Virus record (IMG/VR): IMGVR_UViG_3300047510_001118
Location: 214,127 to 278,126 of that record
Direction: 5' to 3' (one strand)
Length of the DNA: 64,000 bases
Part shown: positions 8,708-20,000 of the stretch, piece after piece
Position numbering within the stretch: the first letter of the stretch is position 1
Layout of the letters: the number at the start of each line of letters is the position of its first letter
Translations under genes and position numbers: made by a program
Notes under the pieces: model-generated
The model's input: only the letters and a program-made list of their open reading frames with translations
Databases searched by the model: none
Told to the model about the DNA's origin: nothing

Positions 8708-10105
8708 ATGCCATATGATACCCGAACGCCGGAAAATATTTCACCAGATTTTAAAGCCGGCCCCTACCTTGCTCGAATTATCAATAATTTTGATCCCAAA
8801 TATATGGGAACCTTACAGGTTCAACTGCTTAGGGACGTAGGTAATATTCCTGAAAGTGAAGGCAGTCTTTTTCAAGTCAAGTATCTAAGCCCATTCTATG
8901 GAGTTACGGGTTTAGACCATGTAGGAAAAAATAACACCTACGGCGACACACAAAAAAGTTACGGAATGTGGATGATTCCTCCTGATGTAGGAGTAGTAGT
9001 ATTAGTAATGTTCGTTGACGGTGACCCTAAACAAGGCTATTGGATTGGCTGTGTTCAAGACGAGTTTATGAATTTTATGATTCCTGGTTTAGCGTCCACA
9101 TCGTTAAAAGTTCCGTTCAACGCAGAAAAAGCGCCAGTCGCCGAATATAACAAAAAAATTAATCCAAACGAACAGGTTGATACAACATTAATTAAAAAAC
9201 CAGAACATCCGTTTACTAATATATTAACTGAGCAAGGGTTACTCAGTGACGAAACAAGAGGTATTACAACTTCTAGTGCCCGTCGAGAAAGTCCCAGCAA
9301 CGTATTTGGTATTAGCACACCTGGACCAGTTGATAGAACGTCATCGGGTACTAAAGGTAATATAGGTAGCAAAGAAAACAGAATAACCGGAGCATTTGTT
9401 AGTCGGCTCGGCGGCACTACTTTTGTTATGGACGACGGTGATGAAAACTTTTTAAGAAAAAAATCTGCCGGGGAAGATAAACCAGAGTATGCCAGCGTAG
9501 AAAATGATGAAAAAGGAGGAGATCCTAAGATACCTCACAACGAGCTAGTGCGTATAAGAACACGTACTGGTCATCAAATACTTTTACATAATTCAGAAGA
9601 CCTAATCTATATTGGAAATGCCAAAGGTACAACTTGGATAGAACTAACCAGTAACGGTAAAATAGACATCTATGCCAAAGACAGTGTCAGCGTTTACAGT
9701 GAAAATGATATTAATTTTACAGCGAAACGAGATATAAATCTTACAGCAGAAACAGGAAATGTTAACATCAACGCCAGCGTTAATTTTAATGTAACTGCGG
9801 GCACTAACTATGAAATCAAAGCAGGTGCCGACGGCAAATTAACAGTTGGCGGCAACAGCAACATTAAAGCCGGCGGCAATCATGTAGAAACAGCGTCTAA
9901 CATTCATATGAATGGCCCAGCAGCCGCTACAGCCCAAACTGCTCCAAAAGCCAATCGAGTTCCTAAACATGAGCCTTGGCCAGGACATGAAAATCTAAAT
10001 CCTAAAAATTTTACTGCTGACAAAACAAGAGCAAAATTAACACCAGATGTTCCAGCAGAACAGTTTCCTAAGATACTAGATACATTCAAAAAAATAGGAA
10101 AATAA
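8708..10105 (+). CDS. Baseplate central spike (gp5/VgrG-like), no lysozyme domain evident
   Basis: N-terminal OB-fold pattern (DPKYMGTLQV...PPDVGVVVLVMFVDGDPKQGYWIG), RTRTGHQILLHNSE, beta-helix repeats. Confidence 0.8.
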   Translation: MPYDTRTPENISPDFKAGPYLARIINNFDPKYMGTLQVQLLRDVGNIPESEGSLFQVKYLSPFYGVTGLDHVGKNNTYGDTQKSYGMWMIPPDVGVVVLVMFVDGDPKQGYWIGCVQDEFMNFMIPGLASTSLKVPFNAEKAPVAEYNKKINPNEQVDTTLIKKPEHPFTNILTEQGLLSDETRGITTSSARRESPSNVFGISTPGPVDRTSSGTKGNIGSKENRITGAFVSRLGGTTFVMDDGDENFLRKKSAGEDKPEYASVENDEKGGDPKIPHNELVRIRTRTGHQILLHNSEDLIYIGNAKGTTWIELTSNGKIDIYAKDSVSVYSENDINFTAKRDINLTAETGNVNINASVNFNVTAGTNYEIKAGADGKLTVGGNSNIKAGGNHVETASNIHMNGPAAATAQTAPKANRVPKHEPWPGHENLNPKNFTADKTRAKLTPDVPAEQFPKILDTFKKIGK

Positions 10106-10108
10106 ATA
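10102..10108 (+). promoter_or_regulatory. Late promoter ATAAATA overlapping gp5 stop
   Basis: ATAAATA 7 nt before ATG 10116. Confidence 0.4.
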
Positions 10109-10115
10109 ATAAACT

Positions 10116-10553
10116 ATGGCAACTACAATAACCGGTAAAAAAGTAATTCCTTCTTATCAAAATTCTGATCTCGCTCCTACCGGACGAGCATATCGCGGAA
10201 TAAGCACAGTTGCCAATGTCAAGGGCAGTTATACTATTTTTGATTTAAATTTAATCAAACAAGATATTTTAAATCATTTACATATTCGTCAGGGTGAACG
10301 TTTAGAAAATCCTAATTTTGGTTGTATTATTTGGGATTTATTATTTGACCCCCTAACTGATGATTTAAAAGATTTAATCGCACAAAACGTCACAGAGATT
10401 ATGAACTACGACCCGCGAGTAAAGGTTGATAGTTTAATAGTCAGTCAATACGAGAGCGGAATTCAAGTTGAATGCGAGCTTACATACTTGCCTTACAACA
10501 TATCAGAAGCATTGAGATTCCGCTTTGATCAAGACAACAATATCCTAAACTAA
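10116..10553 (+). CDS. gp25: Baseplate wedge gp25-like protein
   Basis: DLNLIKQDILNHL...GERLENPNFGCIIWDLLFDPL...DPRV, GPW/gp25 signature. Confidence 0.88.
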   Translation: MATTITGKKVIPSYQNSDLAPTGRAYRGISTVANVKGSYTIFDLNLIKQDILNHLHIRQGERLENPNFGCIIWDLLFDPLTDDLKDLIAQNVTEIMNYDPRVKVDSLIVSQYESGIQVECELTYLPYNISEALRFRFDQDNNILN

Positions 10554-10560
10554 AAATTAA

Positions 10561-10602
10561 CTGCCCACTTTATGAATACAATAAATATAGTATCGAGGGC
10601 AG
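10561..10602 (+). promoter_or_regulatory. Late promoter inside an RBS-sequestering stem-loop upstream of gp6
   Basis: CTGCCC (10561-66) pairs with GGGCAG (10597-602, overlaps SD GAGG); inner ATAC/GTAT; ATAAATA (10581-87) in loop. Confidence 0.6.
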
Positions 10603-10605
10603 AAT

Positions 10606-13600
10606 ATGGCAAGTGTAGATAGACAAAATAAATTAATAGCCGCAGAAGATTGGAAAAAAGTATACCAGTCTTTTAAGAACGCAGACTTTAAATCCTACGA
10701 CTTTGATAACCTACGTCGTACAATGATCACGTATCTGCGTGAAAATTATCCAGAAGATTTTAACGATTATATTGAGTCAAGTGAGTACTTGGCCCTTATT
10801 GACCTTATTGCTTTCCTAGGTCAAAACCTAGCATTTAGATTTGATTTAAATGCTCGAGATAACTTTTTAGAACTGTCAGAACGCCGTGAAAGTGTACTGC
10901 GTCTAGCACGTCTTTTGTCTTATAACCCTAAACGCAATCAATCAGCAAACGGGCTATTAAAATTTACAGCAATTTCTACAACAGAATCTGTTGTAGATAG
11001 TAACGGTCGAGATATTTCAGGACAAACTATTGTTTGGAACGACAGTGCCAATGCTAACTGGTACGAGCAGTTTATTAAAGTAATTAATGCTTCCTTGCCA
11101 GAAACAAGTCAGTTTGGGTTACCTCAGGATTCTGCTACTATCAGCGGAGTTCCAACTCAGCAATATAGATTTAATGCGTCAAACACAGAAATACCTGTCT
11201 ACGGTTTTAGCAAAAACATCGATGGCCGAAACATGGACTTTGAAATAGTGTCTACGGTATTTGCCGGCAGCAATAAGATCTATGAAGAAGCACCATTTCC
11301 AACAAATAGTCTAGCGTTCCTACACCGAGATGATGGCGGCGGTCCAGCCAGTAGCAACACAGGATTTTTTGTACACTTCCGTCAAGGTACACTACAAGAA
11401 AGTACATTTGCTATTGATCGTCCAAGCACCAGCGAGACAGTTGATATCAACACACAAGAAATCAATAATTCAGATATTTGGTTGTATTCTTTAAATTCAA
11501 TCGGTTTTGAAAACGAACTATGGACTAAGGTTGATGCTGTAGAAGGCAACAACATCATCTATAATAGCATTAGCAAAAATATAAGAAACATTTACAGCGT
11601 TCTTACACGTTCATTAGACAGAGTAAGGTTAATTTTCTCTGACGGTGTGTTTGGTAATTTACCTCAGGGAAATTTTAAAGTTTATTATAGAACTAGTAAT
11701 GGTTTGAGTTACTCAATAAATCCAGCAGATGTACGCAATGTGACTATTGATATTCCTTATATCAGTCGAGTAGGTAAACGAGAAATTGTAACAATTACTT
11801 TAGGATTAAAATATACAGTGGCAAACGCCACAGCCGCTGAAACCACAGACAGCATTAAAACAAATGCTCCGGCTACTTATTACACACAGAATCGCATGAT
11901 CACTGGAGAGGATTATAATGTTTTTCCTCTTAGTGTAAATCAAGAAATTGTTAAAATTAAATCAATTAACCGCATTAGTAGTGGTATTAGTAGGTATTTT
12001 GATTTAAAAGATGCCTCAGGAAAATACAGTACAACAAATCTATTTGGCACCGACGGTGTGCTTTACAAAGAACAGACTAATGACTCATTTACTTTTACAG
12101 TAGCAACTAGAACCGACATCGAAAGCGTTATTCGTAATCAAGTCGAGCCGTTATTGTCGTCACGTAAGATTAAAGATTTTTATATTGATAACTTTCCTAG
12201 TATTAACCAAGGACCAAACTTCCACTCGTTTTATCAACAGACCAGTGCCGTTAATCTATGTACCGGGTATATTGGAGATCCATCTAGTGCCGCAATTAAA
12301 AAAGTAGGAACTTTCACATCTTCAAATTTAAGATTTATTACGCCTGGCGCAATAGTAAAATTTATTCCTAGAGAGGGATACCTTTTCACTAAAGATAACG
12401 AAGAAGTTTTGATAGCAGATGCCGATAAAGAAGCCAAATCTTATATTTGGACAAAAATAATCAATGTTGTTGGAGACGGCACAGCCTCTGGTACAGGACT
12501 ATTGCCCAACGGTCAAGGACCAATTACGTTTAATGACATTGTACCATCAAACGCTGTTATGGATTTAACATACTCTAAATTTGTAACAGGATTAGAAACT
12601 AGTGTTAGAAATAGAGCCATTGATCTTATTTTTGCTAATAAAGAATTTGGCTTTAGATATGATTCGAATTCTTCTTCGTGGAAAATTATCACAGACGCAA
12701 ACTTAGATAAGAAGAACGAGTTTAGTCTAGGAAAATCAGGCGACGCAAGTAATCAACAATTAGATGCTAGTTGGTTAATTCTTTTTGAAACCAACGGGGA
12801 AACCTATACTGTAACTGTTAGAGGTACACGATACGTGTTTGAAAGTGAAAAAGAAATACGCTTTTTCTATGACAGTTCAGATAAAGTATACGATAGTAAC
12901 ACAGGAAAAATTGTTAGAGATAAAGTTGTAGTTTTAGGTATTAATACTAAACCATCAGACATTGCTCCTATTAATCAAGATATTGATTGGGAAATAGTCG
13001 ATGATTATAAAGGCGCCGACGGATATATCGACAGTAAAAAAATATCAATAAGTTTTTATGACAATGACGAAGACGGTGTTATAGACAACCCAGAAATTTT
13101 TGATATAGTAGTTGCTCCTGATACTGCTCTATTAGTAGACCGATACGTTTTTCAAAAGAGTCGTGTAAGCATTGATGGTGTTACAGATTATTATTACATC
13201 AAAAACGAAAATGATTTAATTAAAATATTTCAAACACAAAATGCTGTTGATCCTAACACGTTAGTAGATCAACAATTAATTTATATTATTGAAGAAAACT
13301 TAGTTAAAATTTTTAATAAGTCAAGTATTACATATACAGTAACAACTGATTATAAAGCGTTTATAGGTAGAGATGAGTTAAAATTTCAATATATTCATGC
13401 CGCAGATGAAAGTTCTAGAATAGATCCGTCGTCTACAAATATTGTTGATGTGTTTATGTTAACTAAGTCATATGACACTAATTACCGTAGATGGCTCAAC
13501 GGTGACATTGCTACAAAACCGTTGCCACTAAGCAGTGATGCTTTGTTTATTAACTTTGGCAGCGACCTTAATAAGATTAAAGCAATGAGTGACGAGATCA

Positions 13601-14040
13601 TTTATCACCCAGTAAAATATAAAAATTTATTCGGATCTAAAGCAGATACTAGTCTACAGGCTATCTTTAAAGTTGTTAAAAATTCCTCAATGGTAGTCAG
13701 CGACAACGATATTAAAACCGGAGTAATCAACGCAGTCAACGAATTCTTTTCAATTGAAAACTGGGACTTCGGCGATACTTTCTATTTTGGAGAATTAGCC
13801 ACTTATGTTATGACTAAACTAACTCCTAAAATTGCTAATATTGTTTTAGTTCCAAAAAATCAAAATCTTGCGTTTGGTAGTTTGTATGAAATTAAATCAA
13901 ACCCCGACGAAATTTTTGCTAGTTCGGCCACAGTTGAAAGTGTTGAAATCATTTCAGAGATTACTGCGGCAAGACTCAATTCAAGTGGCACAGTATTAAC
14001 AGCAGTGTCTAGTGGCACATCAAGTATTGAAAGTAATTAA
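10606..14040 (+). CDS. gp6: Baseplate wedge protein gp6-like (extended)
   Basis: FKSYDFDNLRRTMITYLRENYPEDFNDYIESSE...RESVLRLARLLSYNPKR; TQNRMITGEDY motif. Confidence 0.88.
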   Translation: MASVDRQNKLIAAEDWKKVYQSFKNADFKSYDFDNLRRTMITYLRENYPEDFNDYIESSEYLALIDLIAFLGQNLAFRFDLNARDNFLELSERRESVLRLARLLSYNPKRNQSANGLLKFTAISTTESVVDSNGRDISGQTIVWNDSANANWYEQFIKVINASLPETSQFGLPQDSATISGVPTQQYRFNASNTEIPVYGFSKNIDGRNMDFEIVSTVFAGSNKIYEEAPFPTNSLAFLHRDDGGGPASSNTGFFVHFRQGTLQESTFAIDRPSTSETVDINTQEINNSDIWLYSLNSIGFENELWTKVDAVEGNNIIYNSISKNIRNIYSVLTRSLDRVRLIFSDGVFGNLPQGNFKVYYRTSNGLSYSINPADVRNVTIDIPYISRVGKREIVTITLGLKYTVANATAAETTDSIKTNAPATYYTQNRMITGEDYNVFPLSVNQEIVKIKSINRISSGISRYFDLKDASGKYSTTNLFGTDGVLYKEQTNDSFTFTVATRTDIESVIRNQVEPLLSSRKIKDFYIDNFPSINQGPNFHSFYQQTSAVNLCTGYIGDPSSAAIKKVGTFTSSNLRFITPGAIVKFIPREGYLFTKDNEEVLIADADKEAKSYIWTKIINVVGDGTASGTGLLPNGQGPITFNDIVPSNAVMDLTYSKFVTGLETSVRNRAIDLIFANKEFGFRYDSNSSSWKIITDANLDKKNEFSLGKSGDASNQQLDASWLILFETNGETYTVTVRGTRYVFESEKEIRFFYDSSDKVYDSNTGKIVRDKVVVLGINTKPSDIAPINQDIDWEIVDDYKGADGYIDSKKISISFYDNDEDGVIDNPEIFDIVVAPDTALLVDRYVFQKSRVSIDGVTDYYYIKNENDLIKIFQTQNAVDPNTLVDQQLIYIIEENLVKIFNKSSITYTVTTDYKAFIGRDELKFQYIHAADESSRIDPSSTNIVDVFMLTKSYDTNYRRWLNGDIATKPLPLSSDALFINFGSDLNKIKAMSDEIIYHPVKYKNLFGSKADTSLQAIFKVVKNSSMVVSDNDIKTGVINAVNEFFSIENWDFGDTFYFGELATYVMTKLTPKIANIVLVPKNQNLAFGSLYEIKSNPDEIFASSATVESVEIISEITAARLNSSGTVLTAVSSGTSSIESN

Positions 14041-14050
14041 AGGACAGTAA

Positions 14051-17000
14051 ATGGCATTTACTAAAGATCAAAAAGAACCAAAACTACCAATAGGTCAAGA
14101 CAGCACTCGAAGTGCTTCAGATTTTTTACCTAGATATTTTAGAACAAATACTAATCGTAAAATATTAAACGGAACACTTGATCAGTTAATATCTGTTGGT
14201 AATGTAGATAAAATTAATGCTTACATCGGTAGAAAATCTACCAAGGCGTATACGCCTACTGACAATTACTTAGAAGAAATATCTTTAGATCGTCAGTCAT
14301 ACCAACTTGAGCCTGCGATCTTAGTCAAAGACAAATTAGATAATGTAACATTTTTTAAAGATTACAACGATTATATTAATCAGTTACTATATTTTAATAC
14401 TTTTGATATTGACCACGAGCTAACTAATAGCCAAGAATTTTACAGTTGGAATCCGCACATTGATTGGGACAAATTTGTAAACTATCGTGAATATTATTGG
14501 CTACCAATGGGACCGCAGTCAATCGCAGTTAAAGGTCAGTCTAAAGACATTGTTAGCACATACTCGATTTCTTTAGTAGAAGATTCTGATAATTTTGCTT
14601 ATATTTTTACTCCTGACGGACTGACACGTAATCCTACACTAAAACTTTACAGAGGTCAAACATATAATTTTGACATTGACTGTGAAGGACAGCCTTTAAC
14701 TTTTTCTACTAATCGTTCTCAAGATATTACATTTGTCTATAAGGACGGTGTGACTAAAGATTCTGAATATGTTGAAAAAGGAACAATTACATTTAAAGTT
14801 CCTGACAATGCGCCTGATATTATCTATTATGTTAGTAAAAATAATATCAACACATCAGGATTTTTTAAAATATATGACATTGAAGAAAATACAGCCATCG
14901 ATGTTGAAAAAGAAATATTAGGTAAAAAAACTTACTTAATCGACGGAATAACTCCGCTGTCAAGTGGAATGAAAATTAATTTTATTGGTAATGTTACCCC
15001 TGAAAAATACAGTACTGGATTTTGGTATGTAGAAGGCGTGGGAAATGCTATTAGATTAGTTGATTCAGTTACTCTTGAAAATCCTGGAGGATATACATTC
15101 AGTGAAGACATTGACTTTGATAGTGAAAAATTTGATACACAAGGATTTGACAGCAACAATAACTATCCTTCTAACAAAGATTATATCACTATTAATAGAT
15201 CAAGCCGAGATAGAAACCCGTGGTCAAGATATAATAGATGGTTCCACAAATCTGTTATCGAAACATCGGCAGCATATAATAATCAACCTATAGATCTTGA
15301 CCAAGAAGCAAGGGCTAAAAGACCTATTGTTGAATTTGATAGAGATATCCAACTTTGGAATTTTGGAGTAGAAGCAAAAAATTCAATAGACTTAATTGAT
15401 TTATATACTAAAGATGTTTTTAGCACGGTAGAAGGATCATTTGGATTTAAAGTTGATGGTGTTTCGTTAGTCGAAGGCATGCGTGTATTGTTTGCCGCAG
15501 ACACTGATAAAACAGTCAATGGTAGAATTTTTAAAGTAACATTTGTTACGCACCTAGGACAAAAAAGAATTTCTCTAATTGATGTTGATGATACAAATCC
15601 TATCGAAGGAGAAAGTGTATTAGTACTACAGGGAGATTTTTTAAAAGGAAAAACATTCCATTATTCGTCTGGTGTATGGAATTTAAGTCAAGAAAAGACT
15701 GGTCTTAATCAGCCACCGTTATTTGATACTGTTGATGTATCTGGAAATAGTTTTGGAGATCGATCTGTTTATATCGGTTCTACTTTCCAAGGAACTAAAA
15801 TTTTTAGTTATGCTGTAGGAGACGTACTAGATCCAGTGTTAGGCTTTAACATTGATTATCGCAATATTGGCAACATCGGAGATATTGTTTTTGATTTTAA
15901 TTTACAAAAAGATCAGTTTACCTATCAAGGTGAAGTTGAATTAATTACAAAAAAATTAGATAGAGGTTATCTAAAGAAAAATATTTCTATTTCAACTTTT
16001 AATTTAATAAACGGTTGGGTTAAGGCAGAATTTAATTCTAAGCAACCAGTTATTCGTCAATACGACACAACAACTCAAAACAATTTATTTGAAATTGATG
16101 TTTATAAAAATAGTGCCACACTAGACGATCTTGAAGTGTCAGTGTTTGTTGATGATATCAAACAGCCTTCTACTTCCTATGAAGTATATAGACAAAATAG
16201 CATAGCCTACATTCAATTTAACAGCGACTTAGACACGAACAGATCTGTAGTATTAGAAACACGGTCAGCGGCAAAGAAATTAAAAGATGTTGGTTATTAT
16301 AAGTTTCCAAGCAATCTTGAAAGTAATCCTCAAAATTTAAGTCTTGACGATTTAACACTGGGAGAAATCACAAATCATTTAAAAACTATTGTTGATAATT
16401 CTCCAAGTTTTTCAGGACAAATGCCAGGAATTAGTAATCTACGAGATATCGGAGATCAAACTGGATACGGTAGTCAAATAATTCAACACTCTGCTCCGTT
16501 GGCACCAATTATCTATTCTTTTACTAACAAAAATGTTAATATAATTAAGTCTCTAAGATATGCCAATGATGAATACTCAAAGTTTAAAAGAAACTTTATT
16601 AGAACTGCTACAACATTAGGATATGATGGGGAAACTCGAGATCATGTTGATTTAATTTTTAAAGAATTAAGAAAAAATTCTACTACATCATCACCATTCT
16701 ATCTCAGCGACATGGTACCGTTTGGTGTAAACTTTATCTACGAACAAGAAATCATCGACGATAGTTTTACTGATTATCCGTTGACATTTGATTTTAATTT
16801 AGAAACATTAAGTCGTAAATCAGTTTTAGTTTACTTAAACGACACATTATTATTATATGGTAGAGATTACATCTTTACAAATGACAGTTTTGTTAGATTG
16901 TTAGCCCCAATCACTACAGGTGACAATTTAAAGGTAGCACAATATGAAAACAGCCTTGGCTGCTGTGTTCCACCGACGCCTACTAAGTTAGGATTATATC

Positions 17001-20000
17001 CAAAATTTGAACCTAAAATTTTTATTGATAACACATATCAAACACCAACGTTGGTAATTCAAGGGCACGATGGCAGTATCACAGTAGCCTTTAATGATTA
17101 TAGAGATAATCTAATATTAGAATTAGAATATAGAATTTATAATAATATTAAGAAAGAATATGATCCTTCATTGTTTGACATTAATAATTTCATTGAAGGC
17201 CACCATAGAAAAACTAACCTTTCAACTAATGAATTAAATCTTGCTTTAAGACAAGAATTTTTAACTTGGTTAGGTTTAACTAATAAAGATTATACAAAGC
17301 ACGATTTCTTTGATAGAAATAATCCTTATACATTTAATTACAAGTCTTATTCAAGCTCTGACGGAACGCCATTAATTGGATTCTGGAGAGGAATATACAA
17401 ATATTTCTATGACACTGACAGACCGCACACACACCCATGGGAGATGTTAGGTTTTTCAAATAAGCCAACTTGGTGGGACAGTGTATATGGAATTGCGCCT
17501 TATACTAAAGATAATTTAATTTTATGGAATGATCTAAGAGATGGAATAATTAGAGAGCCTGGCATACTACCAAAACAAAATAAAAAATACGTTAGGGAAG
17601 ATTTATTAACTTATATTCCTGTTGATGCTGAAGGCAATCTTTTAAATCCTTTAGAAATTGGATTAGTAAGAAATTATGTAGCAACGTCTGCTGAAAAAGA
17701 ATTTACGTTCGGCGACTGGGCGCCTGTTGAAACTGCTTGGAGACGCGGCAGTCAATATCCGTTTGCTTTAATTACAGCCTTAACACTGTTAAGACCTGCT
17801 CAAATGTTTGCTGTTTGCTTTGATAGAGAGCGTCAATATAGAGACGGAACAGGGCAAATTGTATATAAAATGCCAGCAGGAAATCTAAGATTTAATACAA
17901 CTAATTTAGTCTTTCCTAATACAGTAAAAGAATCTGAAAATAGATTTACCAGTGGACTAATCAACTATATGTGCGATTATGCTATAAGTAAATCTTTTGG
18001 ATTTTTAGAAGAGTTTAAAACTGAGTTATCAAGTTTACAAATAAAAATTTCTAGCAAGTTGGCAGGATTTACTAGCAAAGAAAAATTTAAACTTATTCTC
18101 GACAGCCGTAGTCCTTTAAATCAAGGAAATGTTTTTATACCGCAAGAGAATTATAATATAATTCTTAATACTAGCAGTCCTATTTTATCAATATCTTATA
18201 GTGGTGTAATTATTGAAAAAACATCTAGCGGTTTTGTAATCAATGGATATAATAAATCAAATCCTGACTTTAGATATTTTAAACCATTAGATACAGTTTC
18301 AGACCCAACAGTTAATGTGGGCGGTATTTCAGAAACATATCTCGAGTGGACTTCGGGTAAAACATACACTAAAGGCCAAGTTGTAAGAGTTGATCAAAAC
18401 TTTTATAGAGTAACGGCTTCTCATGATGGCGGCCCTTCTTTTGAATTAAAATATTTTGCTAAACTACCAGCACTACCAATCGTGGGCGGCAGAGAAGTTA
18501 TTATTAGAAGAAACTTTACCACAGAAGTTTCAACAATACACTACGGGGCCGAATTAAAAACAACACAAGAAGTGGTTGATTTTGTATTAGGTTACGGTAA
18601 ATGGTTAGAAAGCCAAGGATTTATTTTTGACAGTTTTAATCCTGTAATTAAAACAGTTACAGACTGGCAAACTAGTGCCAAAGAGTTTGCCTTCTGGACA
18701 ACTCAAAATTGGAGTACTGGATCTGTAATTACCCTAAGCCCAGCAGCCGAAGAAGTAACATTTGGAAAATTATATGCGGTTGCTGACAGCATCTACGATC
18801 CGTTCTATGAATATACAGTGTTCAAACAAGACGGTCAAACATTAGATCCAAATTTTACAAATACTGTAAGAGAGAATAATTCTTTTAGTATCCGTCCTAA
18901 AGATACTGGAGATGGTGTTTATCACATTACATTAAATTTAATTCAAAAAGAACATGTGCTAATATTAGATGATGTTACGGTGTTTAATGATGTAATATAC
19001 GATCAAACACAGGGATATAGACAGGATAGGATTAAAGTTGTAGGCTATAAAATATCAGACTGGAACGGCGATTTTGTTATTCCTGGATTTGTGTATGACA
19101 GAGCAGTATTAACTGAATGGAAACCTTGGAGAGATTATGCTCTAGGAGAAACTGTAAAATACAAAGAATTTTATTACAGTGCTAGAAAAAATATTCCAGG
19201 AACTGAGCTATTCAACGACGACGAGTGGTACAGATTAAACGGTAAACCAGAAAGTAAATTAATTCCTAACTGGGACTATCGTGCTACACAGTTTGAAGAT
19301 TTTTATGATCTAGATACAGATAGTTTCGATGTTGATCAACAAAAGTTTGCTCAACATTTAATTGGTTATCAAAAGAGACAATATCTTGAAAACATTATCA
19401 ATGATGATGTAAGCCAGTATAAGTTTTATCAGGGCATGATTCAAGAAAAAGGAACAAAGAATAGCCTTTCAAAATTATTTGACGTATTAAGTTCTACAGA
19501 TGCCGACAGCCTTGAATTTTATGAAGAGTGGGCAATTAGATTAGGTCAGTACGGAGCCAGCGAAGGATTTGAAGAAGTTGAGTATCTATTAGACGAGTCT
19601 CAATTTTTAATAAATCCACAGCCTATTGAATTAGTTGATTCAGTACCTCCGGGCGTGAATGATTTTGTCTACAGAATTACTAGAGATAAAGTTTATCTAA
19701 AACCAGACACATACGATCACAAACCTATTCCTACAGTTAGGTCTAAGAAAGAATATATTCCTACTGCTGGCTATGTACATTTAGAAGATATAAAATATAT
19801 TATAACTTCTAAAGATCAAATTGGTGACTATAATATCAATGATCTAAAAGAGGGCGATTATTTTTGGTTAGGATTTGATAAAACATCTTGGAATGTTTAC
19901 AGATTTACTCTAGTTGTTTCTTCAGTAAGATCCTTCCAAGAATTATCTAATCTAAGAATTAATTTTAATTCAGCAAGTAGTTTATTTTCTGTAAATGATT

